A stretch of 64,000 nucleotides of DNA from Dicyema japonicum (taxonomy: Eukaryota; Animalia; Dicyemida): positions 252,920 through 316,919 of the forward strand of contig RDEW01000006.1 of the NCBI GenBank assembly GCA_011109175.1, given 5' to 3'. Position numbers and translations under genes: made by a program. Shown one piece after another: positions 38,590 to 50,870 of the stretch. The number at the start of each line of letters is the position of its first letter. Within the stretch, counting starts at the first letter, position 1. Under the pieces are notes generated by a model. The model made no database searches, had not been told where the DNA came from, and saw only the letters and a program-made list of their open reading frames with translations.

Positions 38590-39160
38590 TTTATATAACT
38601 TCCAGAGATTTTATGTGGATTGAAAGTTCCCTTCACGCTCGCGACCCTAAATTCTGGAAAAGACATCATCCTGTTTTTGTGTATCATTTTCGTGGTCCAA
38701 CAAGTCGCATCATTTCAAAAAATTCTATAATATCGACTAGAGCACTTAATACTCCTAAGCATGAAGTTACAGTTATCTTAATTCCTAAAGCGTACAGCTG
38801 AATAATCAATTACAAAAGCAAGAATGATATTCCATCCAACATATGTTCAAATGATGATAGTGATCATAAACAGGTGGATGTATGTGCACTATAACAAAGA
38901 TAATACTAGTGAGGTTACTATAAAAGGAGATTTGCAATGAAGTAGTATGTCGCCGCTCCTCTTTGTGTTCTGCCTCGAACCGTTGAGCAGACTTATCAAT
39001 TCCCAATTCGAATAAGAGCCCCTCATTTATGAGGAGGTTTGTTTTAGTATGAATCACCTTATTTTCATTGATGAAAAAACTGAAAATCTCCGGTTCATGA
39101 GTGAATGTGTTTGCAGGTTTTTGAGAGAAATCGGTTATGAAATTAATTTATCTCATGATC
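38590..39160 (+). mobile_element. R4-like RT core fragment
   Basis: GDLQ*SSMSPLLFVFCLEPLSRLIN, NHLIFIDE and IGYEIN. Confidence 0.65.
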
Positions 39161-39689
39161 AGACAAGTACTGAGGGGCAATCGCGTCCATGTCGATCTGC
39201 AAATAAAGGAAAGCTCTATTTACAACGTTTGCAATTCGGTTGGCAGTGTATGCAGTATATCGCCTAAGCGAGCGCATCTTCCTTAAGATCATAGCGGTTA
39301 GGTCCAGTGTGTTTGAGAGGAAATATGTAATAATAAATATTAAAAATCCTGGGGCATTCACATAGGCATTACACGAACATATTTGTCTCGAATATGGTGT
39401 CAATGGTGAGGTTGAATAGTGAATTCGTTGATCGAGTTACGCAAAGAAATCTTGATTAAAAAAATCAACTTAAAAGCACTTAACTCAGTCCACCTCAAAG
39501 CAAAGGATAACCTTATGATTATGTTAAATCTTCAACGTGTTTAAATTATGTTAATAATGCACTCGTAAGGCATTAATCGTTTTGGAGTGGATCGAAGATG
39601 TTTCATTATTGTAAGCAGAAATACTGTTGATCATTTAGAAACTAAATTTTTTAGTATTAAGTCAGAAATTGTCCTACGTGACAAAGTCA

Positions 39690-40140
39690 TGTTGAATCTC
39701 TCCATGGCATGTTCGTTATGCAATCTGGCCTTATCCCATCACCTCAGTCAAGACAGAAGGTTCCAGAAGATAAGTAAACCCGGCATCTTCGATACCCCCC
39801 CCCCCCGGAGCTCCGTCTGCATGATGCGGATTTAGTCCATTCCTGTCAACCATCTCACCACATCGACACGGTGTTCCAAACAGCCGTCATGACCTTGCCA
39901 TAGAGCAACTTCAACACGGATTGTATTCCAGTCAAACATACTACCAACTGCAAGATATTGAGCCAGGACTCAGAATTCTCATAAGAATGCATTCAGACAT
40001 GTGCAATGATGGGTATTGATGTACCTTCCAAGTTTATTTAACTTTTATCTCAAAGGATTTCATCCGAGTCCTTTTGAGGGGTAAAGATTTTTAGAACACG
40101 AGCCTATTTACTGTCCACTGCTGCACAACCGACTTAACAA
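39690..40140 (-). mobile_element. Jockey/I-like LINE C-terminal fragment
   Basis: 39930-40135 resembles 31790-31980 (gtattgagccaggact..tgcattcaga..tgtccactgctg). Confidence 0.5.
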
Positions 40141-40612
40141 CAGGGTCAAGGCAGAATCCTTTCAGGAACACAAGATTGAATTGGCCAAGATACGGAAGCT
40201 AACGAAGGACGAACGGTCCCATGGAATGGCCAAATCAACAGGAGACCTCAAACCAATTCCCCCAAACCTTATCGTATCATTCCTTGAAATCAGCCAGCGC
40301 AGTCAAATTGGATATTGAGGAATTCTCAGAATTATGTCTTATGAGATCTTCCAAGATTTAAGAGAAGTAGACTCCGGGAAACAATGATATTTCAGACGTA
40401 CGGTAAAAATTGGTGTAAATATTTTATAAACTACTTTTACACATAATATTAATTATTACCTAAGATTAATCTCTATTAGTAAAAATAATTATTTTATATA
40501 AAAATTCACAAATTATTCCGAAACTTAAGTATTGATAATTTGCGATAAACATGATAGCTGAAGACACCTGTCAATAAGCTGTCATCACTTTCAGCGCTCG
40601 CGACATAATAGC

Positions 40613-40836
40613 TAATCGAGGGAGGATCAAGGACCTAGGAATACTCTTCTTTTTTTTGTTTTCTTTTTCTTGGGTGTGTGTCCTTTTAGACTATCCAGTT
40701 CCGCAGTGAATGTCCACTGATGACGGCCCTCTTTAGCATCGTAGATGTGTGGACCTTTTACCAGGTGAACAACAGCAAGAATCAAACCCGTGACCTAAGC
40801 CACTTTGCCCGACAACTAACCACTATGCCACCAGGC
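40613..40836 (-). mobile_element. tRNA-derived SINE, diverged copy with short 3' end
   Basis: A-box TGGCATAGTGG (40820-40830) and B-box-like GGTTTGATTCT; the body is colinear with 49069-49260. Confidence 0.85.
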
Positions 40837-41479
40837 TCTTATTATTAACAAATTATCAAAAGAGATTTTCTAGAGTAATATACCGGACAAACTCTTCATT
40901 TTCATACAGTCCCTTATGAGAAATCTTTGTCTCGATACTAGCCAGCTGATTCAATCTGTCAAAACAAACAATTTGGTTATCAAAAATGAGCCAAAGACTC
41001 GATAATCCTTAATCAACATATTTCTTTAATCTTTCTTTAGTAACATAGAAACTTCAAATACCTATCTCAGAGTTTAGACTTATTTTTTCAACCGTCTATG
41101 TGACGAGCTTATTTGGCTTATTGTCTGAAGACACACGGGTTTCTCGGTTTCGAGACAATCTCTATAACTGATAATTTCCGCTCATGAAAAAGATTACCAA
41201 AAAAACATGTCAAATAAGTTTTGAACGGCTTTAAATAGACGACTTGGTTTCTCATTTAACAGTTTAATTCTCACATGATGGGGGTTGCTCTTGTATTCTT
41301 TCAAATATCCAGTTATTACGATATAAAGGAGTCAAGTGCCCACAACCATTCTTTGGATTGGTTATGTTCAATCAGTCCTTGAGGAATATTGTTCATTTGG
41401 TCAATTTTTCTTTAGATATGACAGTCATTCTTCAATTTACTGCCCTTCCGAGAAACTGAACTGGTAGTAGACCCTAAGT

Positions 41480-41780
41480 TAAGAAGGAATCATCTTTTGT
41501 CCAAATTGGTATCTTCCTTAGAATTATTTTTGGGAGACTTATTCTCAATGTCCGTAATCTTGTTGTCTCCAGTGCCAAAAATAGTAGGTACATCAAGTTT
41601 ACAAAAGAAACGTGCTTTAAGTTTTGGAATTATGGGTTCAAGATTCCAGAGATTTTGTAAAAGACACGTGCGGTGCACATACTGTAATGAATTTTTCCTA
41701 GTGTGAATAGTCGGAAGTACCGCTTAATAAAAGTCGGAAATACACGAATATCTGAGTCATTAGATATCAAAAATTGTATC
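41480..41780 (-). mobile_element. Possible THAP-domain remnant (DNA-transposon associated)
   Basis: RVFP, VCAPH and KLK....LDVPTIF across frames resemble THAP FP...VCxxHF...LKxxAVPTIF. Confidence 0.35.
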
Positions 41781-41957
41781 CAAAAATGATATCAGTCATC
41801 TGGAAGTAACTCTCACCAAATTTAAAAAGTGGTGGCTGAATTGCTGGTAATTAAATAATTATGTTTCTCTCATTTTTGGTTTTTCATTATAATAATAATT
41901 ATATTATCAAAAAAATAATATATTAGTACCAATCTTTTTTGATGATAAATTATTATA

Positions 41958-41995
41958 AATGCGGCCCTCGAAAGGAAATGAGTTTGACACTCCTG
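41958..41995. mobile_element. hAT-type terminal inverted repeat (solo end)
   Basis: The reverse complement CAGGAGTGTCAAACTCATTT..GAGGGCCGCAT resembles Charlie/SPIN-group hAT termini. No partner end found in the window. Confidence 0.45.
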
Positions 41996-42699
41996 CTCTA
42001 AAGCTTGCTTACAGGATAAATCTTCGAATGCCAATTACCCTATGGTTGGAAGGAAAAATGTGCAAGGTTGGCAGAACTATCTTATTCGAGGTTTCAAAAA
42101 CGAACTAAAGTATCTGGTTTTTATCTTCAGAGATGACCCTATGTTTACTGATTTCTTGGGGAGACTGTCGGGGTAGAAATCGGTTGACAAGCCCTACCGT
42201 TTACATTACTCTCCCCAGCATTTAATTTGCAGTTTTTACTTTATAATAACTTTCTTATATCCACCATGAATATGAGGAGATTAACTGCACCTAAGCTATG
42301 CCGAAACTACGTCACCAGCTCAACATCCTGATCGTGTTTATGATTCAATTTTCAGTGTTCTCTATTTTAACAATGATAGGACAGATTTGCCAATCCTGAA
42401 AGAGTAATTCCTCAGATGACCTTTCACCAACTCTTGAAACGTCTCGAATTTAAATTTTAGATAATTTAAAAAAAACTAAATTTTATTAGTAAATTTAATT
42501 CAAAAAAATAATTCTCCATAAAATATTATCCAAAGATCTATCGCCTTTGAGTTCTGCACAGAACCAAATAAACCTGGAGGTTCTCTGGGAACGTCCTCTC
42601 TAGGTTGTGAAGTTTTTGTTACCCATCGGTTTTACCGGAAAATTGCAATATATACTTGACTTGCTGAATTGCTGAACACTAATTCAATGCCTACAAAAA

Positions 42700-42850
42700 C
42701 ATAAAATCAACAAAAACGCTTTTTACTAACAATACCACATAAATTGTCGTGAGCGGAAAAGAAATTCCACGTAAGAACACAGTCGAGATCCTTGGATTAA
42801 CTTTTGGCGCATCGATGACATTCAACGCTTATTTATCTAATGCGGTTGTC
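42700..42850 (+). mobile_element. LINE RT thumb fragment
   Basis: VSGKEIPRKNTVEILGLTFGASMTF parallels 18900-19010. Confidence 0.5.
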
Positions 42851-43399
42851 TAGACGGAAAATCAACTTTGTAAAAAAGCTTTTTTCCAAATTAAAAAATT
42901 TTTAATTCAAAAAGTTAGGCCTCCGTGCACCCACTACATCGAAACAGCTATCATCTATAGTTGTGCCGCTTAATAAACAAAACTAGCGGCAACAACATCG
43001 AAAAAATGGCATTATTCAATCAAAAGCCACCATTTCTAAGACACGGGCGACCCCTTTCAATATCTTTTAAAGAGTCGTGGGAAAAAACCTATCAAGAGTG
43101 TATTTAATCAAGAGAGAAATGATGAAAAATTCCAAAGACCACTGTAACACTAAACTAACTGCTCACGTGATCCGGGCACGCTCTAACAGGGACCTCAACT
43201 TGATACAATGTTCTTTTTTCAAACCCACACAAGCACGTATCGGCCGTGCAACTGGACGCTCTTGGTCACACGGGTCCGCAGATTAGGAAATTCAAAGGTA
43301 TTGAAAGGGGGACCTGAAGTCCTTCTCTCAGTAACTTTTTGTAACCTTTCATGACTGACTTCGATCTTCTTGGAATTTGTCCAAAAAATTATTGGTCCC

Positions 43400-43645
43400 A
43401 TGTAACAAATGCAAATAAGATGCATGGCTAGACGTACTGCGTGTATATGGTATTCAAGACTGAATGGCTTCCTCCTTTCCAAAAACCCGAAATACTTTTC
43501 AAAATGTTTTCTACTCACATTTGATATTCAAGTTTTGAAATGCTGTGAAAACACATGTTCATGTCAAATATGACTCTACATTTTCTGGTGTTTGGTAAAT
43601 GAGATTTCGGGAGTGAATAATGTGGTGACTGATTTCTCCGGGCTA
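43400..43645 (+). mobile_element. Possible Gypsy RNase H end remnant
   Basis: EISGVNNVVTDFS resembles YIPGxxNVVADALSR; a single motif only. Confidence 0.25.
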
Positions 43646-43699
43646 ATTGATAGCCGTTTGTCCTCTATTAATATTATTAGTAAAAAACACAATCACAGA

Positions 43700-45150
43700 C
43701 CCAAAGAACGTTATATTAACTAAGGTCCCGTTTGTGCTACAGTTTCGAAATTTCCATCGGCCTCTGCTGTGTGCATCTGTCCGTAGATCTTCTAGGTCTT
43801 CCACACAATTTAGTTTTCTACCAATTCTATTAAGATCTTTGTTTAGAGTCACAGGGAGAGTGACTCTAGGCCTTCCTCTGAACGATGGTTTGTTCTCATT
43901 GTTAAAGTAATTGCCCATTATTATATTTGGAGGGCGTTTATGTCCATTCTAAGCACGTGCCCAAACAGTCTCCATCTTGATTCAATAATATCGATGCTTA
44001 TGGCCACAGAGTATCATTTCCTATTTGAAATCTTCTTTTGCCAACCTAGACCCAGTAAATTGCGTAATTGTTTTCGACGAAATATATCCATTTTTTTGAG
44101 CTCTAGCTCTGTGACCCCCATGTACCCGAATTGTACATAAATCCGGTTTTATATAATTTGTTTAGTCTTATTTTTAGGTTTGTTTTTATTAAATTTCGTC
44201 GACTCCATATCTTCTGCATTTTCTTATATATAGCAGTGGCTAGAACTCTCCTAGACACATGTCATCACTATCACCAAGTAAGGATCCCAATTTCCGTTTT
44301 TTCCTCCAACTTTCATCAATATATTTTAATTCCCTTGTGAATTCAGTCTTCAGTCTTTTGTTGATTAACTCGAAGAGACCAATTTATAAATTCTTTACGG
44401 ATTTTTTCTAAAAAAAGTGCAAGTTCCTGATCATCTTCTGACTCAAAATCTATTTCATTTGCATGTATAATCTCTATCGGTATGTATCTTTCACATTTTG
44501 TTTTAAGAGTTCTCAGTGAAGCCTCCAGGTATACGATGAATAGAACCGGAGATGGGGAGTTTCCCTGAGGTATTCCAACAGTTGTCCCGAAAGGCACCGA
44601 GGTCGTCTTCCCAACTTGTACAGTTAATTAAGTATTAGACAATAGGAAACGAATAAGTCTTGTGTTATCCTCATCAAGGAAACTCCCAATAAAGTCCTTT
44701 CCTGGTTTATGCAGAGGAATTAAAATTCCATCTCCAAGTTTCAAGGGGGAATGCGTCTCCATTACCTTATTGAAAATCTTTGTAATGAGGGTTGTCAGTT
44801 TGCCTGGTGCATACTTGATCATTTCTCCATGTATGTTTTCTAGTCCCGCTCCCCTGTTGTTATCTAATTTATTGATTGCCAGGTTAGTTTCCTTTGTAGA
44901 GATAGGTAGATTCAGACTTCTTAGTGATTTCTCAAATTGCTCCATTTTAAGAGGTTTCATTTTCATACAAAAGGCCTGAAAAATGTTCGGCAATAATCTC
45001 AGTTTTTTTCTCTATTATCTAATACGTTTGTCCTCTAACAAGACGTTAAGACTGTCCAGGTGTTATTGCAACCTTGATGTTGCAACCTGAATAGCTTGAT
45101 CAAGTAAGACAAGAAAAATGTCATCTGCATAAGTCAGTAGGAATTTTTTT
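43700..45150 (-). mobile_element. RTE-like LINE, degenerate with internal deletions
   Basis: LDNNRGAGLENIHGEMIKY, GIPQGNSPSPVLFIVYLE, IIHANEIDF and GRPRVTLPVTLNKDL..EDLR..RGRWK. Confidence 0.8.
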
Positions 45151-45967
45151 CTGGACAATAAAAATCGGCTGTAAATAGGTTGAACAATTATGTGATCCTT
45201 TGAGACGCCATTCGGAAAAATTCATGATGCCAATCTTAAATCTCAAACGAAGTTAGCCAACCAGAGTTTAAGGTTAAGTTGAGTGTTCTATTTCGAATCC
45301 GTGCTGAAATAAAATGTCTGGTAGAACATACTTATTTTTTGAAAGTACTACTTCTTTCAATATTTTTGACATCGAACATAAGAGCGACGCTGGATTGTCT
45401 TTCTGTCTTCAGGTTTCAAAATTTTTCGTATATGAGCAAGTTTCCAAATTACTCAGCGCTTCCCGATTCGTTTTCATATTTATTTTGAAAGCAAATGTGT
45501 TAACAATCCAGGTATCAGAATCCTTAATATTTCAAATTGAAAAAAATCTATCAAATGAAAATTTTAAGCCTGATTGCTGATTTCTGTTTTAATAATTTAA
45601 TCAAATTCCTAAATCGTATTGAAAATCGGATATCTACATAATCAGGAGACCTTCGTGAGCGCTGCTAATTATTTGAGCAGTCAGAGCAGCAATATATGAC
45701 CATTTGCTTTCTTTTCTTTCTTAAATAAAATATGTATTTTATCAAAAGTCGTGTTGGATTAAATAGCGATTTCATCCATGTTGGAAAATTAGAAAATTGT
45801 TGTCTTGAATACGTCGAGTCCACAACAACAGATTATTTCTGAAGGCACGTAGATTGTAAGAAGGTACGTAGATTGAAACACGAATTTTTGACATCTTTTA
45901 ACTTAATTGGCATAGACTTCGGTTTTTTATTTTTAACATTGAATAAATTATATATATTTTTAAAAGT

Positions 45968-46730
45968 CTCGTGGTGCCATGTGGTGCTATGCGGCTAGTA
46001 TGTCAAAAATTATTTTCCCTCCATTTGATGGCGTCATAGGATCCACCTTACTGAGGAGACAACCAATGTTTGGCCGGTACCAAGAGGATCCATTATTCTT
46101 TCCAGAAGACAATGTCGTTTCCTGGAGACAAGTTCTAGAATGCTGGTACAAGTCAGGATCAAGAAGTTAGTTAGTTCGACTACCCTTGGTTTTTGGAATT
46201 ATTTTATTTTTAATTAATTTTTTTTGCTATATATTTTATTTGAAGATCATTTGCATATATGTACAAGTAATCATGATTTTAAAAAATTATTTCTCGTACC
46301 CAGGGGGTGCGAGCACCCAATCGGAAAGCGCTGCTTTAGACAAAGAAATCTTTCCATTTCTACTGGCAGGGCTAGAATACATTTCGGTATTGAAATTTAT
46401 CTTGCCTCCTCCAGTTGATATAGGCCACCACTTTTTCAAGTGAGGAGACGCCACTTGTAGAGACTCCAGTTGAAACATTTGTAGTTGTAGTGCCAAGAGA
46501 CTTTCCTCTGAACAAAGGTTCAACTTGAGTAAGATTGTATTATGATCGCTGCTTGAGTCATAATTGACCGACTCCCACGTTATTGCAATACAGAAAGGGG
46601 AGCAAAGAGAGACATCGGGGGAAGTTGATTGTTCGGTAACCCTGTGGGGCATGTATGCCAAACTCAAAAAACTCAAGAGATCACATAAGAAAATTTGAGT
46701 ATACAAGCAAGCCACAATAACAAATCTCAA
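45968..46730 (-). mobile_element. Jockey/I-like LINE fragment (APE end to pre-RT)
   Basis: TSPDVSLCS..ITWESVN..SSDHNTILL, followed by the shared pre-RT block. Confidence 0.65.
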
Positions 46731-47219
46731 AAAAACTAATTAAAACAAAAATCGCATGGCGTGTTGATATACTTTTTTGCTATTCCTGCTTATAGAATAT
46801 TTTTTGCCGATAGAAATAAATAAACGTGTTGTGTCTTATTGAAAGTTTATGTATATTGAAGAAAGTTTTTGGATGACTTCATTAGTAGGGAATATATTCC
46901 CTGCAACGTTTATTATTGGGGTAACAAGCAAAAGCTTGGGCTCCGATTTTTTATTGTTGTTTGTTCTTCCACCTGTGATGTGTCAGATTGTCGAAGAAGT
47001 CTTTGAAACTTTGTCTTCTTGGAATTGCACGACTGTCTGAGACCCAAACAATGTGTGATTAATAATCACTCACGCTGGCGAATTATCAGACATGTTCTAA
47101 AGAATGGACGAAGTTATTCCTTGCAATCAAATGATGGAAGATTACTATTATACAAGGACTACATTTTGATAATGACAAGGCAAATATCAAAAATTATATA
47201 AATAAAAAAAATGGAGGAA

Positions 47220-47570
47220 AATGGATTTAAACTTATTAGTGAACTGACTAAACCGAAAATTAGCCAACAATATTATTTTTCTCTTTCACGCTGTCAGGCA
47301 TCCTATGCATCTGTTGAAAGAGCTATTAAAATGCTAAAAATATTTTTAAAAAAAGAAAGGAACTTCCATCCAGACAATATCAGGCATTAACTTTTATTAT
47401 ATTACAATAAATAAAATTTAAATGTTATATTTATTATTTAAGTTATAGATTTGACAAATTTAAATGCTAGATTTTATCATTTAAGTGCTAACTTTTTTTA
47501 ATTATTAATTGCAGATTTTGTGATTTTTTAGCGCTAAAAAATTTTTTTAAGTGCTAGAAACAACTTGCCC
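47220..47570 (+). mobile_element. hAT-like transposase C-terminal remnant with possible right end
   Basis: CQASYASVERAIKML..ERNF..NI resembles SAxVERxFS of the hAT dimerisation region; the end is ...acttgcccta. Confidence 0.4.
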
Positions 47571-47589
47571 TAGTGATTATCTATGAGAG

Positions 47590-47830
47590 TTACTAAATCC
47601 ATAATATGTCTGACCCAGTTTCTGAATCGCCTACCAGTTACGTACGTCTGAAAAATTCTACATCTTGCGTCGAGGTTACAAGTACAGAGGCGTATTCATT
47701 TGAGGATCCTAAGGTCTGTGAGGGTGGTGACGACTAAAGCTCTTGTCTGTGCTGTTGACAGGGCTACCTCGTCTTTGGATACCAAGGATTGGAATTCCTT
47801 ATTTCTCTCTCCCCAATTGCACTTGGATTG
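47590..47830 (-). mobile_element. Degenerate LINE thumb fragment
   Basis: Weak similarity to the KILGxTFDxxM region of the jockey/I-like copies. Confidence 0.25.
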
Positions 47831-48256
47831 GACTCTAATCGTCGAGAAGTTTCAAGCCTTAGGAAACTCATTGAGTTTTTTTTGAAAATGGAAATCTTTC
47901 TTTTTTTCCCTCTTTCAATTATTTTATCAAGAACATAAGTGTATGATCTATTCAGTGAACAACTGTTAAATGTGTCCATTTACACTAGAGACAAGTCTAT
48001 ACTCGAAAGTCAATTCAGACCCAAAAGAGGTGGAATAAAAGGCTCAGTTCTTGTGAAAACCTTTTCAAGGAATGGAGAGAGACAATGAAAATATTTGATG
48101 TCAATTTGACAACAGCAGAGGCAATTGAAGCATATGAAAATTGAATTCAAAATATGTGTTAAAATTATAAGCCATTTATTTTTGTTATTATTTTTTTAAT
48201 TCATCTTTTATTGGGAAATCAAAAAAAAATAAAATAGTTAAATAATAAATTGCACA

Positions 48257-48971
48257 ATGACAACAAACTCTATAATTGCATTTATATGTTCTGATTGTGC
48301 AATAATTGCCTCTGATTCTGTTGGAAATAATGGTATTCCTGAAAGTGAGATGATAATAATATTAAGACGGTAATAATATTTGTTACAGAATATTTCAAAT
48401 TACATTATCTCTTGGGATTGGAATTGTCGGTTTAGAACATGAAGTTATAGACATATACAACAGATCCATGTATTATGCAAAGTGTGTGCTGTGCTAATAA
48501 ATAGTCAACATACTATCAAACACGGAACTGATATAATATTACACAATTTTGTATCACAAATTAAACTTTATATACGAAATCAAAAATATCGCATGGTTTC
48601 ATCAATTTATATTTTAGGAACTAATACTTCTTGGTTCTGGATCTAATTCTATAAATTTAATGAAATTAGACAATGAAGGCAAAGTACAAACAGAAAATAT
48701 ACTATGTCTTGGACCCTATTCATACTTGTTGGAAAGGTATTTGAATATAGCGTAAATATTCACTATTTATTTAGTCTTTCGAGTTTTTTCCCGGAAAATA
48801 CAAAAAAGGCTATTCATATGGCTTTTAATATTTTATTCAGTGTAGCACCTTTGAAGCAAACGGGTTTTTACACAAAAAGTAAATTTTATATTTATTTAAG
48901 TGTGGATTCTCGATCCGGTTACGAAAGTAGGAGAGTTCATTACTCAATGTGGAAATAATTTTATAACTTAA
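48257..48971 (+). CDS. Divergent proteasome beta-type subunit (likely non-catalytic), 6 exons, 196 aa
   Basis: Removing GT-AG introns 48370-48388 (19 nt), 48482-48504 (23), 48596-48617 (22), 48737-48774 (38) and 48879-48900 (22) gives a 591-nt frame with no internal stop. Motifs SIIAF..DCAIIASD, RIFQI...GIGIVG..EV, ELILLG...L.KLD.EG, LGPYS and AIHMAF follow the proteasome beta fold. The specific subunit is not resolved. Confidence 0.8.
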
Positions 48972-49068
48972 TATCTATTTTTTGGTTGTTAAAGTTGGGG
49001 TAATATTTATTTTATATTATCACTTGGCTCATATATAAATATTTTACATTAATGCCTCATGCATTACT

Positions 49069-49396
49069 CGCAGCCGGGTGGCATAATGGTTAGGTGTCGT
49101 GCTAAAGTGACTTAGGTTGCGGGTTCGATTCTCGCTGCTGTTCACCTGGTGGAAGGTTATACGCATCTACGATGCTAAAAAGGCTTGACTAGTGACGCCG
49201 TCATCAGTGGACTCTCACTGCGGAACTGGATTGTCAAAAAAGGACCCACACACAAGAAAAAGAAAAAAGAAGTGAAAATCATTCCTTGGTTCTACGATTA
49301 GTTAAAATTAACTGTTCTTTACTTAAATAAACTGTGTGTCCGGCCTATGCAGAGCTATTACCTCGGCTCCGTGAAAAGGCTGTTATTATTATTATT
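49069..49396 (+). mobile_element. tRNA-derived SINE, full-length, 10-bp TSD
   Basis: A-box TGGCATAATGG (49079-49089), B-box GGTTCGATTCT (49122-49132) and a (TTA)n tail. TSD ATGCATTACT at 49059-49068 and 49397-49406. Confidence 0.92.
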
Positions 49397-49507
49397 ATGC
49401 ATTACTGTCTATTTTTAGTATAGAAATATAAAACAATTTTAAAACAACACTACATGAAAACAATCATTTTCTATACCTACTATCTTAAAAAACTGTCGAT
49501 TTATTCA

Positions 49508-50822
49508 TAGTCATTCAAAAACCAAGTCTTACCGGGAAATGTAGTCGTACTTTGTGAGATCTCTTATCGATAGCACGGTCAAAATCGTAGCTTCTATTAA
49601 TGATTTTATGAGTTTTTAGTTTTTATGTGGCTAGTTGCACAAAAATTATTTTCCTTTCCTCCGATGGCGTCATTGGATCCATCTTACTGGGGAGACGTCA
49701 ATGCCTTGTCGGCATCAAGAGGATCAAACTATTTTTTTCCGAGGTACAAAGTCGTTACCTGGAGACAAGTTCTAGCCAGGATCAAGAGTTAGTTAGTTTG
49801 GTTACCCTTTGTCTTTGGAATAATTTTAGTTCAATTAATTTTTTTAAATAATATATTAAACCATAATTTTGGTGACTAAATTTTTTATCAAATTCCGCAA
49901 TGGAAATCCTGCAAAATAATTTAAACTTCCGTGTCTTTAGGATACTGAAAATCAATCTCATTATGAGTTTTAAGATGTTCTTTTATTCAAAAATATGTTT
50001 ACCCTTATCCCAATGTTAATGATTAAAAGTGACGTTAATGATCGGTGAACCCTTTATATAAAAAATTTAACAAATTTTATTGTGACGTATTAAATGTACA
50101 ATTCAAATCCAAATCCACAAAACTTTCTCAAGTTTAGCTGAAGTTTTTTCCCAAAGAGTAAAAATCTTTCATGTAATCAGGATATCTAAAATGGATTCTT
50201 CCAAATCATTAATTTGTTTGAGGGTTCCTCTTAATGTTTCCTCTTGATTCACCATTATATTTCATCGTATATTTCTTCCGCGTGTTCCTCTACAATTTCT
50301 GATACTAGAATAATGAGTACATTATGTTGCGATAGATTAAAAATTTTAAAACATATGGATTTCTATATTTCCCAACTAATTGTGGATTTAATTTTTCTCC
50401 AACATAGTGTCAGATTTGACAATTTTTTCATTAAAGATCGACAAAACCATCAATTCCATCGCTTGAACATAAATTTTTGTCGCTTGAAGACATTCGAACT
50501 TCAACTCGTGTTTGCTTTTAAAATTTTCTAACCACCCATTTGGTTCCTTGAAAGTCTTAAAACGTAATCTATGTCCAATGTTTAAACCTGAGGGTCAATA
50601 TGGAGACCACTAATTTTTAATCAGTGGACTTACTGAAAAATTTTGCATTCTCAAGTGCTGAAATACATCGAGAACATTTGAATAGGACATAATTTTAAAA
50701 GCGAAAGGAACCAGACGTCTCAACAGCGAGTAGAACAAACAAAAAATCCTTGGGTGGGACACGTTCTTTTTTCGTTTCATCTTCTCGGCCTTTTCAGCGG
50801 CAGAACAAGCTCCAGAGCCACT
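49508..50822. repeat. Segmental duplication copy 1 (copy 2 at 60901-62545)
   Basis: Colinear near-identical direct repeat made of a LINE RT fragment, an unidentified degenerate coding stretch and a CRE RLE fragment (GSGACSAAEKAEKMKRKK, FVLLAVETSG, minus strand). Confidence 0.92.
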
Positions 50823-50870
50823 GGTTTCACACCCCGCAACCGTTTAGAGACATTTTGTTGGTATCTCTTG

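Noticed and set aside
43170-43215. Tc1/mariner WPxxSPDLNPIE motif
   Set aside because: Only a partial match (RARSNRDLNLIQ), with no other DDE motifs nearby.
48704-48958. Stand-alone 84-aa ORF
   Set aside because: It reads through introns 4 and 5 of the proteasome gene; only exon 5 is truly in this frame.
49069-49140. tRNA gene (also 40770-40836 and 61710-61779)
   Set aside because: A/B boxes and a T-arm are present, but the acceptor and anticodon stems do not pair. The heads continue into a shared body flanked by TSDs, so they are SINE heads.
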